Of a DNA stretch of 64,000 nt, positions 1-11,652 are shown in pieces. This DNA is from Candidatus Marinacidobacterales bacterium (GTDB taxonomy: Bacteria; Acidobacteriota; Vicinamibacteria; Marinacidobacterales; DATDRI01), in contig CBDCNP010000002.1 of NCBI GenBank assembly GCA_965219415.1, positions 3,328,001 through 3,392,000 of the forward strand. Reading direction: 5' to 3'. Positions within the stretch are counted from its first letter, which is position 1; the number at the start of each line of letters is the position of its first letter. Below the pieces are notes generated by a model, which was not told the origin of the DNA, made no database searches, and saw nothing but the letters and a program-made list of their open reading frames with translations. Position numbers and translations under genes: made by a program.

Positions 1-381
1 CAGCCTCGCCGTGATCAGAAAGCCGCCAAACGATTCTTCCGCAAGCTGTTGAAGGGGCAAGGCCGTCCGCCCTGGCAGCTGGTCACCGACAAACTGAGAA
101 GCTACAGCGCCGCTCACCGCGAGGTCATGCCGTCCGTCGTCCACGACACTGACCAGTACAGAAACAACCTAGCCGAAGTCTCGCACGAACCGACGCGACA
201 ACGGGAACGACAGATGCGGAAGTTTAAAGCTCCTGGGCAGGCGCAACGATTCTTGACCGTGCATGGACTCGTGCAAAATCTCTTTCGCGTCGGACGGCAT
301 TTGTTGCAAGCGCATCATCATCGGGAGCTACGAGACCGCGCTTTCATCGTCTGGCAGGAGGTAACCTGTGCCGTCCGATGA
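1..381 (+). CDS. IS6-family transposase, C-terminal part (truncated by window edge)
   Basis: Frame from base 1 reads QPRRDQKAAKRFFRKLL...VTDKLRSY...NNLAEVSHEPTRQRER, typical IS6 DDE motifs. Confidence 0.9.
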   Translation, partial: QPRRDQKAAKRFFRKLLKGQGRPPWQLVTDKLRSYSAAHREVMPSVVHDTDQYRNNLAEVSHEPTRQRERQMRKFKAPGQAQRFLTVHGLVQNLFRVGRHLLQAHHHRELRDRAFIVWQEVTCAVR

Positions 382-442
382 GAGCAAAGGAAGTCAGCTC
401 GACGCGATAGGTTCGCTCGCTCAACGTCAACTTGACAATACC
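1..442 (+). mobile_element. IS6-family element, right part
   Basis: End CAACTTGACAATACC (428-442) resembles an IS6-type terminal IR; kinase coding sequence resumes abruptly at 443. Confidence 0.8.
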
Positions 443-2505
443 GGCGGAGGGAAAGACGGTCGACCATCGCTCGGACATCTTTTCACTCGGCACCGTCCTC
501 TACCAGATGACCACCGGGGAGAAACCGTTCAAGGGCGACAACCCGGGAACGATTTTGTCTTCCATCATCCGCGACACTCCCACCACCATCACCGGTTTGA
601 AACCCGAGCTACCCCGGGACCTGGGCCGCATCGTGAAACGTTGCTTGGTCAAGGACCTCGATCACCGCTACCAATCGAGCAAGGACGTCCGGAACGATCT
701 GGAAGAGCTCCAGCAGGATCTAGCTTCCGGGGAAGTATCCGCGGGAGCGGTGGCAGCTCGCCCTACCGGTATCAAGAAAAGCTATCTCCTGGCGGTGATC
801 GCGGCGGTAGCGGTGGTCTCGGTGGCGACGACGTATCTATTGCTGCGGTCGGATCGACAGCCGCAAGGTCCAATCCAGGGAACCTTTTCCGAGCTCACGA
901 CCCAGGCGGGCGAGGAGGTCTACCCTTCTCTCGCCCCGGATGGCGACTTCGTCGTCTACATGAGCGAAACCTCGGGTAACTGGGATATCTACCTACAACG
1001 CGTGGGCGGACAAAAGGACATCAACCTAACCGAGGACTCCCCCGAAGACGATAACACTCCGGTGTTCTCGCCAGACGGAGATCAAATCGCCTTTCGATCG
1101 GAGCGTCAGGGGGGCGGCATCTTCGTGATGGGCGCCACCGGGGAGTCGGTGAAACGGATCACGGATTTCGGCTACCACCCCGCCTGGTCTCCGGACGGCG
1201 AGAGTTTGGTGTTCGCAGAAGAGGGATTCCCGGGACCGCTCCAGAGAGCCAGCATCAGCCAGCTCTGGACGGTGGAGGTCGGATCGGGAGAGACGCGGCT
1301 GATCTCGGAAGGCGATGCCGTACAACCCAACTGGTCACCGAGCGGCCACCGCATCGCCTATTGGGCGGTGCCGGAAGGAGGGCAAAGGGACATCTTGACA
1401 GTCGCCGCCGAGGGCGGTGACCCTATCCGAGTGACCGACGACCCGCCTGTGGACTGGAATCCCGTCTGGTCGCCGGACGGCGGCAGCCTTTATTTCTTGA
1501 GCGACCGCGGCGGCAGCATGAATCTGTGGAGAGTCTCCATCGACGAAGGCTCAGGCAAAGTGCTGGGAGAGCCCCAGCCGGTAACCACGCCCTCACCGTA
1601 CGTGGCTCACCTTAGTATCTCGGGCAACGGCGATCGCTTGGTTTATGCTTCACGCATTCAGACTTCGAACATCCAGAAAGTGGGTTTCGATCCAACTGAA
1701 GAAAAGATATTGGGACAACCCGTTCCCGTCACTCGCGGCTCCCAAACCTACGGCCTCGGCAACGCCAGCCCCGATGGAGCCTGGCTGAGTCTTACATCCT
1801 CGGGAACGCAAGAGGACGTCTTCATTGTCCGGCCGGTCGGCACCGGGCTGCGACAGCTCACCGACGACAGATACAAGGATCGCCAACCCCTTTGGTCGCC
1901 GGACGGGGATCGCATCGCCTTCTACTCCGATCGAAGCGGCACGTACCAGCTATGGACCATTCGGCCGGACGGAAGCGGACTCGAACAAGTTACCGACGCC
2001 AGCGAAATGGATCTGCTCTACACTGTTTGAGCACCGGATGGTTCCCGCATGGCGAGCGTGGACGCGAACACGGGTATTGGCTACATCTTCGACCCTCGGA
2101 TACCTTGGGGTGAGCAGCAGCCGCAGCGACTCCCACCCTTCGAAGAGGACGGGGGCTTGGACCCCGTCGAATGGTCGCCCGACGGGAAATGGCTCGCTGG
2201 TGTCCTTCGCTCGTCCGACGGAAAATATCTAGGCCTTGGTATTTTTTCGTTCGAGTCACAAAAACTACGAACTCTTCGAAGGGGATGAGTACGCGGGATC
2301 CACGTGGATGCACGATAGCAGAAGGCTCATTCTGGCGACCGATGGGAAGCTGTTTCTATTGGACATCCGAACCAAAGAATCTCGCGAGCTGCTAGCAACG
2401 CCCGAGGGCTGGATCGGAGGCCCCTCCCTCGCACCGGACAATCGCACGATTTACTTTTCCCTCGAGACGCAGGAAGCCGACATCTGGCTCCTGGATCTCA
2501 AGTAA
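443..2505 (+). pseudogene. Ser/Thr kinase + TM + PD40/TolB-like beta-propeller protein, disrupted
   Basis: Starts mid-kinase (AEGKTVDHRSDIFSLG) after IS6; many WSPDG repeats; in-frame TGA at 2028-2030 where W of a WxPDG repeat is expected; frameshift near 2240; ends ADIWLLDLK. Confidence 0.88.
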
Positions 2506-2600
2506 CCGAAGTCCAAACGGAACTTTCCCACCCCTATTCCCGTTATGGCGATCCCATGACCGCCCTCCGATACGAGTAGGCCAGCCCTCGTGTTAGCCTA

Positions 2601-3419
2601 TTGGGAGTGTCACCAGAACCGGTCCACCTGACCATCAATTCCGAGCGGCTCGCTCGCCGCATCCTCATCTTCTGCATTCTCGCCGAGATCGTCTTCGTAT
2701 TCCTCGATTACCACATCAACTACGGGGAATGGACGTACATCGGAGCGATGCGCCGCATGTTCAATACTGCAAGGGAAGATGGTCTCGCCTCGTGGTTCGC
2801 CATGACCCAAACGCTCCTGGCGAGCCTCACCCTGGGACTGATCTACCTGTCGGAAAAGAATGGACCCGGGCCGCGATGGAAGTCATGGGGATGGCTCGTA
2901 TTGACCTTCTTCTTCTTCTATTTGGCCATCGATGACGGCGCCCAACTCCACGAGCGCATCGGGAACACTTTCAAGGAAGCCTTGTGGAACTCGACGGGCG
3001 CCACCTTCGACTTTTTCCCGAGCTACGCTTGGCAAATTCTTTTTCTGCCCTTTTTCGGCGCTCTTGGGCTATTCATGTTCGGATTTCTCTGGTACGAGCT
3101 CGGTTCGAGGTCGTCACGCGTGCTCTTGATGACCGCTGTCTTCTTACAGGTGGTCGCGGTTGCTATGGACTTCGTGGAAGGTCTCGAGGCCGAACACCGC
3201 TGGAACCTCTACACAATTATCGCGAATCGGTATGACCTGGAGCCTTGGACCCAGGCGCGGTTCGGCGAGACGGCGTTCGACGCACTGCGTCACTTTTCCA
3301 AATCGTTCGAAGAGGCGATCGAGATGGCGGGCATCTCGATTCTGTGGTTCTTGTTTCTGAGGCACCTGAGCCACGTCGCGGGCGATCTAAGAGTCCGTTT
3401 CGTCCGAGCAGGGTGCTGA
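2601..3419 (+). CDS. Multi-pass membrane protein of unknown function
   Basis: 272-aa ORF with about 6-7 hydrophobic segments and a DDGAQLHE motif; start may be GTG 2607. Confidence 0.75.
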   Translation: MGVSPEPVHLTINSERLARRILIFCILAEIVFVFLDYHINYGEWTYIGAMRRMFNTAREDGLASWFAMTQTLLASLTLGLIYLSEKNGPGPRWKSWGWLVLTFFFFYLAIDDGAQLHERIGNTFKEALWNSTGATFDFFPSYAWQILFLPFFGALGLFMFGFLWYELGSRSSRVLLMTAVFLQVVAVAMDFVEGLEAEHRWNLYTIIANRYDLEPWTQARFGETAFDALRHFSKSFEEAIEMAGISILWFLFLRHLSHVAGDLRVRFVRAGC

Positions 3420-3560
3420 AAAAGTCACGGCACCCTGCGCGAGCGGAGCGAGCCCGGCCCAAGTGAGTCGACGACGGACGCCGAGCGAGGAGCGAGGCGC
3501 CAAGGGCGCGAACGCGGAGTGAGCGCGCATTGAGATCAAGCCGTGCTCGGGCACGCTCGT
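3408..3560. repeat. REP/MITE-like palindromic element between convergent genes
   Basis: Perfect 9-bp IR GCAGGGTGC/GCACCCTGC (3408-3438) followed by GAGCGGAGCGAG and GAGCGAGGAGCGAG motifs. Confidence 0.45.
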
Positions 3561-4745
3561 GCAACCACTCTTACCACGGAGTCTTCCCAAGCTTCTTTGT
3601 CCACCGAAGCGAAGAATGTCTCTTCGTTGCTCACGCAGGCGATCTTGGGCACATCTTCCAGACCGAGCCGATACCTGGTGCCACTATCTTTGTATGTGAC
3701 GTCGATACCGCCCAGCTGGTACTCGCCGGGCTCGTCGCTCGGAATACGGTACGTCACCCAGAGCCGCCTCTCTTGACCCGAGAAGAGAGTCCCCAGATGG
3801 AAGACGACGCGACGGCCGTGGCGTTCCAGAGGGTAACCGGTGGCCTCAACCACTTCGACTCCCTCGCCAGGCTGCAAATTCACCGCGACGGCCGTGGCGA
3901 CCGTCTCGCGGGTCGCTTCGAATTCTTTCGCGAAGATCTCTGCCAGTCCGTGGGCGCTCTCGAGAAAGTAGTAGTTACCGGTCCCGCCATCGGCCAGCGT
4001 GCTCATGAGGTACTCGTTGAGGTCGGCGCCAACGCCGACGGTCGAAAGCACCTGTTCTCGATCGGCGAACCGCCGCGCCCTCATGGAGAGGCCCTCGGAA
4101 GAGCTATCCCCGTGATTGGCCAGGCCATCCGAAAGGAGGACCACCCGAGCGAATCGACTCTCTGCACGCGTGGAGGAGATCGTCCGGTACGCCAGATCCA
4201 AACCGGCGGACACGTTGGTGTTGCCATCGGTGCCGATGCTTCGGATTCTGTCTGACCAGATCGATTTGGAGCGGGCCGTGGCGGGTCTCAATGGGATGCG
4301 GAGCTCCGCGCCGGTCGAGTAGGTCACCAGGGCAAAACGATCCTGTGCGCCGAGCTGCTGGATGAGCTCGAGAACCGCTGCGCGGGCGTAGTCGATCTTA
4401 TCCCCAGCCATCGAGCCCGAGCGGTCGAGAACGACAACGAGATCGGTTCGGGAGCAAGCTCGCCTGATCTCTCTTCCGTTCTTCGGCGGAAAGCACGAGC
4501 TCGACTTGGACGAGCCCGTCACTTCCCACCAAAACCGCGCCTTGGCTTGTCCGTGACGCGAGAGCAACCGTACCGTTCGACGCGCGAGCTAGCTCGATCG
4601 AACCGTCCGTGCGTACAGAGGCCGCGTGGTTGATGAGAACGCCGGCCAGCAGCGTGGCGGCGAGGAGCACGCCCACGAGGGACAGGGGTGCCTTCAAAGG
4701 TCGGTTGGGTTTGGGTGTTGGTATCGCGTCTGACATCGTCTTCAC
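3536..4745 (-). pseudogene. Membrane-anchored VWA-domain protein, frameshifted and probably C-terminally truncated
   Basis: N-terminal TM in ORF 4398-4745; MIDAS DRSGSM and LLSDGLAN in ORF 3536-4567; frame change near 4460-4490; C-terminus runs into the palindromic element. Confidence 0.8.
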
Positions 4746-5662
4746 CTCTCTGAGTTAGGTTGAGTAGTCGTCGCGGTCGGAGGTGGTGGATTTCGTGAAG
4801 AGCTTGAGCCAAGAGAGGAATCTGGGACAAATAGCGGAGCGCGAACGTCCGCAAGGCGCGATACAACAGCAGGCGCTGACACAGCGCCCCGGTACGACCG
4901 TTCCGCTCAAGCTGAAGGATCAGAAACGCAACGTGGCGTTACAGGAGGATCGCAACGAAAGCGCGAGCGACGCCTTTTACAGCTCGGAGTCGGTGTTGCG
5001 TCAGCTCAACCGAGGGGCCTACGCAAGAAAAACACGGGCACAGCTGATGGACCTTCCCGCTACCGACCCTAGTACCGAGGACGCGCGGGCGGGCGAGGCG
5101 TTCGGTGACGCCTCCCAGGAGGCGTCAGCCTATGAGTTCTCCGCCGACAGGGAACAACAGGGTTTGGAAGAGAGAGCCGGGGCACGTTCCGCAGGTCGCC
5201 TCGTCGAGACCGCCGACGGTCGAGGTGTTGTGTTCGTTCCACCGATGACGGCGCGGCTTCCTCGGTGACGAGCATCTGTACCTCTGGCGCACGCTCGTCG
5301 ACTCCGGCGCCACCTACCGTCAAGGGTTAGTACTTCGAGTTCCTGGTCTCTTCGAGTGGTTGAGCGCGCGCGTGATCGATTCAAGTGAGCTCACCGGTCA
5401 TGCTTGGCTCGTGCCGGGGTTTGGGCATGACGCCGCAGAGCTCTCATCGATTAGTGATGAAGCGCTAGTTTTTCGGTACCAGTTCGACGAACCTTTTACC
5501 GACGTCGCAGGGCTGCTGAAATTGGATGCCCTTGCCGTGGTCAGTAGCAGTCGATGAAGAGGTGCAAAACGGGGGGACAGCCTTTGGATTGAGTTGTTTT
5601 GGTGGCGAGGAGACAAACGAGGAGCGTTGGGTGGAGGAGTGGCGGGCTCAGGAGAACGCCAG

Positions 5663-7093
5663 TTAGACGGGACGCTTGCTCGGCCGCTCGAACGTCTCGT
5701 ACTCCTCGATCGGTCCGTTTTCTTTCAACCGAGCCTTGCTGACGCGCTCCATCCCGGTCCGCGGCAGGTCCCGACACAGATGGATCGAGCGTGGGAGCTT
5801 GTGAGGGGTCAACTCGCGCACGCAGTGGTCGTAGAGAGCTTGGCCGGTGGCCTCCTCACTCAGCACAACATACGCTTGTAGCTCCACGCCATAGATGTCG
5901 TCAGGCACCGCGATCAGCGCCGCCTCGGAGACTGCCGGATGCGATCGCAAGACGACTTCCACCTCGCGGAGAGAAATGTTCTCTCCCGACCGGCGAACGA
6001 TGTCCCCTCCGCGACCTGTGAAGTGTAGATAGCCTTCGGCGTCGATATGCCCCACGTCGCTGGTGCGGAGCCAACCTTGTTCGGGAAGGGCCTCTGCCGT
6101 CGCCTCCAGGTTGCCGAGATAGCCGGACATCAATCCTTCTCCACCGACCCAGATCGCTCCATCCTCATTGGGTTCGCAGCGACGACCATCGGCGTCGCGG
6201 ATCTCGACCGTTTTTCCAGCCACCGGCCGGCCGACCGATCCGGGGAGATGAGACTCCCCGAGTCGTTCCATCGTCACCACTCCGCCCTCGGTGAGGCCGT
6301 AACCTTCGACCATCTGGAATCCGAATCGCTCCTCACACTCTGCCCGCAGATCATCTTGCAAGCCGGCACACGTCACTTTGCGAAGACTGCTGGAACGCTT
6401 GCCCTTTTGCTCGCGGGCGAGCAAGACCGGAATCGCTCCGATCAAAAACGCCTGGGTCGGTCGCAATGAGTCCACCTGGCCCCAGAAACGGGAGAGGCTG
6501 AAACGCTCTACCCAAACGATGGTTGCCCCGGAGAGGAGCGCGCCATAGACGCTGGTGACCTGAGCGTTCATATGAAAGAGCGGAAGCATCATGAAAAGGC
6601 GATCCTCCGCCGATAGCTCCATCGCCTCCACCCAAACCCGTCCGCCCGTCTCGTAGTAGTCGTGAGAAAGCATGCAGCCCTTGGGTTTTCCGGTGGACCC
6701 CGATGTATAGAGAACCGCAGCGGTACCCTCCGGCAAAACCACGGTACCTTGGAGGTCGGCGCACTCCTTCAACCCCTCGGGATCGACCATCAGGCGGACA
6801 TCCGAATGCTTGGCCAACCAATCCACCTCCGCGGGTGGTGAGGCCGGGTTGATCGGAACCATGACCGCGCCCGCGCGGGTCAGGCCAAACCAAATGGCGA
6901 GGAATTCAGGGGAGTTGGGAAGCCTTAGGAGGACCCGATCGCCAAGCTTGACGCCTGCGCTTTCGAAGCGGTCACTCCACTCGTCGCTCGAGGCGAGCAT
7001 CTCCGAAGCAGACTGGGTGCGGTCTTCACCGACCAGGAACGGCTGGTCGCCACGGTCCCGGGCCCGCCGTTCGAGCAGCTCGTAGGCGGTCAC
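5663..7093 (-). CDS. AMP-binding acyl-CoA synthetase (CaiC-like)
   Basis: YTSGSTGKPKG, GYGLTE and RRSGENIS motifs; GTG start at 7093 overlaps the upstream TAG. Confidence 0.9.
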   Translation of the reverse strand: MTAYELLERRARDRGDQPFLVGEDRTQSASEMLASSDEWSDRFESAGVKLGDRVLLRLPNSPEFLAIWFGLTRAGAVMVPINPASPPAEVDWLAKHSDVRLMVDPEGLKECADLQGTVVLPEGTAAVLYTSGSTGKPKGCMLSHDYYETGGRVWVEAMELSAEDRLFMMLPLFHMNAQVTSVYGALLSGATIVWVERFSLSRFWGQVDSLRPTQAFLIGAIPVLLAREQKGKRSSSLRKVTCAGLQDDLRAECEERFGFQMVEGYGLTEGGVVTMERLGESHLPGSVGRPVAGKTVEIRDADGRRCEPNEDGAIWVGGEGLMSGYLGNLEATAEALPEQGWLRTSDVGHIDAEGYLHFTGRGGDIVRRSGENISLREVEVVLRSHPAVSEAALIAVPDDIYGVELQAYVVLSEEATGQALYDHCVRELTPHKLPRSIHLCRDLPRTGMERVSKARLKENGPIEEYETFERPSKRPV

Positions 7094-8268
7094 TAGGCTT
7101 TCTTTTTCAGGTAGCCCTCGATGCGGTCCATCGCCTCTTCCAGCTTGTCGTAGGGTTCGGAGCCGAAACAAATTCTCAGATGACCTTCACCCGACGCTCC
7201 GTAGAAGGTGCCCGCTTCGGTGGCCACATGAGTCTCCTTTAGGAGCTCATCGGCGAGCTCATCGGACGATTTTCCCCAGCCACTGAAATCAGGAAACGAG
7301 TAGATGGTGGCGTGGGGCTTGTCGCAGTTCACGTTGGGCATCGCGTTTAGCCGGTCGTGCACTAGGTCCCTCCGACGTCGGTCCTCCTTAACCATCTCCG
7401 CAACGCAGTCTTGCGGGTTGACGACCGCGGCCAGCGCTCCCTCTTGAGCGAAGACATTGGGATGCGTGGTCTCGTTCAAGACGACTTTGTAGACCGCGTC
7501 CACGAATTCTTTCTTCGCGGCGACGTAGCCCAGCCGCCAACCATCCATCGCGTACGCCTTGGTAAAGGCGAAGGTGCTGATGGTTCGATCCCGCATTCCG
7601 GGAAGACTCGCCAGGCTGAGGTGTTTGTGATCATCGTAGAGAACGTACTCATACACCTCGTCCGTCAATACGAGCAGGTCATGCTTAGTGGCAATCTCCG
7701 CGAGTGCAGAGACTTCATCATGAGTAAAGACTCTTCCCACCGGGTTGGCGGGGTTAACGAAGACGATCATGCGCGTCTTGGGTGTGATGGCCTTCTCCAA
7801 TGCGTCCGGGTCCAACCGGTACCCTTGCGACTTCGCGAGCGGAACGGTGACCACCTTGGCCCCCAAGAGCTCGATCTTCTTGTTGTGCTGCGGATAATAG
7901 GGCTCGAAGACGATCACCTCGTCTCCTTCCTCGAGACCCGCCATAAAGGTTGCGAAAGAGGCTTGCGTCAGCCCATTGGTCATCAAAACCTCGTCCGGTG
8001 CCACTTCAATACCGTTATAGTCTTTGAGCTTCTGGGCCAGCGCTTCGCGGAGCTTGGTGTTGCCACGGAGATCACCGTAGTGCACAACGCCGTTATCGAG
8101 AGCTTTCTTTGAAGCGTCCTTGATGTGGGCCGGTGTGTCGTACGAGGGTCGACCTACCTCCAAATGGATGATGTCATCCACGCCCTTCTTCTCCATCTCA
8201 TGGGCGACCTCGAACATTCCAAAGTTCTTATCGATCTGACTTGCCAATCGATTGGCGGGCCATTTCAT
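7093..8268 (-). CDS. PLP-dependent class I/II aminotransferase (AspC-like)
   Basis: NPANPVG, DEVY and FTKAYAMDGWRLGY (PLP lysine); GAGGAG RBS. Confidence 0.92.
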   Translation of the reverse strand: MKWPANRLASQIDKNFGMFEVAHEMEKKGVDDIIHLEVGRPSYDTPAHIKDASKKALDNGVVHYGDLRGNTKLREALAQKLKDYNGIEVAPDEVLMTNGLTQASFATFMAGLEEGDEVIVFEPYYPQHNKKIELLGAKVVTVPLAKSQGYRLDPDALEKAITPKTRMIVFVNPANPVGRVFTHDEVSALAEIATKHDLLVLTDEVYEYVLYDDHKHLSLASLPGMRDRTISTFAFTKAYAMDGWRLGYVAAKKEFVDAVYKVVLNETTHPNVFAQEGALAAVVNPQDCVAEMVKEDRRRRDLVHDRLNAMPNVNCDKPHATIYSFPDFSGWGKSSDELADELLKETHVATEAGTFYGASGEGHLRICFGSEPYDKLEEAMDRIEGYLKKKA

Positions 8269-8294
8269 CGTTTCTATACTCCTCAGCTTAGCTA

Positions 8295-9983
8295 GTACCC
8301 GTCCAGAAGCCTGTAAGGGATTGAGAAAAAAGGAGAAATCGCAAATTCAGGGCTAGTCTTCTGAGGGGGTGTCGATTAGGATCGTGTCGTTGAAAACATC
8401 CGATTCTAAATGACTTAACTCCAAAGGAGACCAGCCCTAAATGCGAAAAACGATCAACCCACAGCCAAATCTACGTGCGCCCTGGCTGGAGCTGGAGCAC
8501 GCACGCGAACTCGAAACGATCTCGTCGCCGCTCGATGCCCATCCTAAACTCAATGAGCTGGTACTGCAAGACCTGAAGTCGGTCACCCCATCGGCAGGGA
8601 GCGATGTTGGTCGTGGGGGAATGAGCACGGAGCAGGTTCTCCGGGCGTTGTTGGTCAAGCAGCTGAATCAGCTCAGCTATCGGGAGCTGGCGTTTCACTT
8701 GGCAGACTCTCGAAGCTATCGGACGTTTTGCCAGCTCGGCATCATAGAGCCGACCCCGTCGAAGTCGACCCTAGCAGCAAACATCAAAGCCGTGAAGTTC
8801 GAAACGCTGGAGCAGATCAACCGAGAGCTGGTGAGCGTTGCCGAGGATGCTGGGATCGAAAAGGGAAGAAAAGTACGAGTGGAACTGCACGGTAGTGGAA
8901 TCAAACATTCATCCGCCTACAGACTCCGAGCTTCTTTATGACTGTGTTCGGGTTCTCACTCGCCTGATGTGCGGAGCTCGCGAACTGCTGGGTACAGTAG
9001 TGGTCTTCGGCAATCGAACGCGTCGAGCGAAGAGACGTCGACTGGGAGTTCTGAACGCGAAGGATAAGCAACAAAGGCGTCGCGTCTATCGAGATCTACT
9101 GAAGGTGACGGAAGAAACCTATCGCTCCGCTCAACGCGTTGCAGAACAGTTGGAAGAGTCGGGCTTGACCGAGCCTGTGAAGCGAGCGAGTACGGAGAGG
9201 ATCGCCGCGGATTTTGCGCACTTTCTCGTCCTCACCAAGAAAGTCATCAACCAAACCCAACGCCGAGTGATCGACGAAGAGCGTGTGCCTGCAGAGGAAA
9301 AGGTCGTTTCTGTCTTCGAAGAACACACCGACATTATTCGCAAAGACCGGCGCGAGACCCTCTACGGTCACAAGGTGTGTCTGACTGGTGGTTCGTCCTC
9401 GATGATTTTGGATTGCGTGATCTTGGATGGGAATCCGGCCGATTCAACTCTCGCGGAAACCATGATCGACCGTCAAGTCGAACTCTACGAGCGGGCCCCG
9501 CGCCAGGTCGCCTACGATGGCGCGTTTTCTTCAAAGGCAAACTTGGAAGCCATCAAAGGCAAGGGAGTTGAAGATGTTGCCTTTACCAAAGCTCAAGGTT
9601 TCGCCGTGACCGATATGGTCAAGAGTTCCTGGGTCTATCAACGCCTGCGGCGATTTCGCTGCGGGATCGAAGGCGTCATTTCGTTCTTGAAACGAGTCTT
9701 TGGTCTCGACCGATGCACATGGCGCTCATTGCCTTCTTTTAAATCGTACGTATGGGGTTCCATCATCACCTGCAATCTACTGGTGATGGCGAAACATCTA
9801 TTAAGATAATAACTATTACTCTTCCGCTCCCATAGCCTTGGATTCCTGACGATTCGCCTCTCGTTTCGTCCAAGATTTTCATTCGCTCTCAACCCTACGA
9901 AGTTCCCTACCGAAAACGTATAATACCCACATCTTCGGTAGGCCTGTCGCACACCACAAGTTATGGTGTTTCTGGACAGGAAC
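8295..9983 (+). mobile_element. IS5/ISNCY-like insertion sequence
   Basis: IRs GTACCCGTCCAGAA / rc GTTCCTGTCCAGAA; TAGCTA on both flanks (8289-8294, 9984-9989). Confidence 0.85.
8441..9809 (+). pseudogene. DDE transposase (ISNCY/IS5-like), frameshifted
   Basis: GRGGMSTEQVLR...LAFHLADS, then expected KVRVDCTVVESNIH broken by one extra A near 8884; YDGAF and FRCGIEGVIS downstream. Confidence 0.85.
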
Positions 9984-9986
9984 TAG

Positions 9987-10415
9987 CTAGTTGTTAGACT
10001 CGGGCTCCAGCTCGAAGTACGGCAAGTGCGTTCCTTCGATCTCTTCGAACCGAACTCGCACTCTCGATCCAATGCTTGCGGTGCGATTTCCGGCAACGAT
10101 CTTGCCCACAATGCGTGGGCCTTTATCCAAATCTATCAGTCCCACGGTGTAGGGAACCTTGCCTTCAAGGTTCGGTCGAAAGGCGTGGTGTACCACCGTA
10201 AAACTCCACACCGAACCGAGCCCCGAAAGCTCCTCCCACTGGAAATCACGAGAGTGGCACTCCGGACAAGCGGGCAGGGGTGGCAAGCGCAACTTACCAC
10301 AGCCACCACAGACTTGCGCAACGAGCCTCTCTTCCTGGCACGCCTGCCAAAAGGGCCGGCTGTCGGGATCGGGAATTGGCAAAGAAGCGCGTTTTTCCAA
10401 CTCACTCGACTCCAA
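9987..10415 (-). CDS. DUF35 Zn-ribbon/OB-fold protein (thiolase partner)
   Basis: PFWQAC, CGGC...CPEC, WSFTVVH; overlaps the thiolase 3' end. Confidence 0.9.
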   Translation of the reverse strand: MESSELEKRASLPIPDPDSRPFWQACQEERLVAQVCGGCGKLRLPPLPACPECHSRDFQWEELSGLGSVWSFTVVHHAFRPNLEGKVPYTVGLIDLDKGPRIVGKIVAGNRTASIGSRVRVRFEEIEGTHLPYFELEPESNN

Positions 10416-11556
10416 GAATCAAGCTACTGTGCGTTGCGAAGATACCACCGCTTCCGCTCACCAGCGCCACCTCCGCGCCTTCGACCTGCCGCTCACCACA
10501 GGAGCCCCGAAGCTGCTTGACCGCCTCGGTCAGGTGGAGGATTCCGTCGGCGTGGGCCTGCGAGAGGAGTCCGCCATGCGTGTTCACCGGTAGCTTACCC
10601 CCGAGGGCGGTGCCGATGCTTTCGACATAGGGTCCCCCCTCACCTTTTTCACAAAACCCGTAGTCTTCGAGCTGCACCAGCGCCGTATAGGTAAAGGAGT
10701 CGTAGAGCTCGGCGACATCGATGTCCTCCGGCTGAAGCCCCGCCATCTCGAAGGCCCGTGGCCCCGCCCTAGCCGCACCACTCTGAGTAAGGTTTGCGGA
10801 GGTGACGAAACGGTGCGTATGTTGCTGCGCGGCGCCAAGGATTACGGTAGGTCGGTTCGCGAGATCTCGAGCCCGTTCCAAAGAAGTGATGATGAAGGCG
10901 CCCCCGAAGTCGGAAATGAGCGAACAGTCGAGCAGGCGAAAGGGCTCCGCTATCCATCGCGATCGAAGGTAGTCGTCCATGGTGATCGACTTGCTCATCT
11001 GAGCGTTGTCATTCATCGTGGCGTGACGACGGGTGGTGACCGCGATAGCACCCAGCTGCTCGTGGGTCGTGCCGAACTCGTGCATATGTCTGCGTGCGAA
11101 GAGCGCGTAGGCCGGGGCCGCCTCGACGAGGCCGAAGGGCTCTTCGAAGTCTTCATATCCCCATCGAAACTTGCCGTGGGTGGGGCGACGCTCCTTCAAC
11201 TGTGACCACATCGCGTCGGCACCGACGTAAAGGACCATCTGACACAAGCCGGACTCGATGGCTCCCGCGGCAACCGCCGCAGCTGCACACGGGGTTGCAC
11301 CGCCGATATGCAGATCGAACGCGAACGAGGGTTGGATGCCCAGCGCCGCGGCGAACTTGATGGTATGTAGAAACTCGGGGTCTCCGTAGGGTGCGTGACT
11401 CAGGATCCCGTCGATGTCATCGTAGGACAAGCCGGCGTCTAGGACGGCATTGTCCGCCGCTTCGACGGCGAGCCGGACATTCGTGAGGTCCTCTCGCCTC
11501 CCGATGCGAGCCTCGCCGATACCGACGATCGCATAGCGTTTACTAGGGTTGGCCAC
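10402..11556 (-). CDS. Thiolase-family protein (SCP2/Ltp2-like)
   Basis: AIVGIGE, DCSLISDFGGA, ELYDSFT, NTHGGLLS and EAVKQLRG motifs. Confidence 0.9.
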   Translation of the reverse strand: MANPSKRYAIVGIGEARIGRREDLTNVRLAVEAADNAVLDAGLSYDDIDGILSHAPYGDPEFLHTIKFAAALGIQPSFAFDLHIGGATPCAAAAVAAGAIESGLCQMVLYVGADAMWSQLKERRPTHGKFRWGYEDFEEPFGLVEAAPAYALFARRHMHEFGTTHEQLGAIAVTTRRHATMNDNAQMSKSITMDDYLRSRWIAEPFRLLDCSLISDFGGAFIITSLERARDLANRPTVILGAAQQHTHRFVTSANLTQSGAARAGPRAFEMAGLQPEDIDVAELYDSFTYTALVQLEDYGFCEKGEGGPYVESIGTALGGKLPVNTHGGLLSQAHADGILHLTEAVKQLRGSCGERQVEGAEVALVSGSGGIFATHSSLILGVE

Positions 11557-11652
11557 CGAAGGAAGATATCAATATTGTTCCGCTTATCAAAACTGCTAAA
11601 GAATTATGAGGCAGGAACCTCCGGCCGATCCTTTCCGTAGCTACGAGAAGCG

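Noticed and set aside
4783-5620. 161-aa plus-strand ORF and neighbouring short ORFs
   Set aside because: No recognisable motifs; could be a gene remnant but cannot be supported
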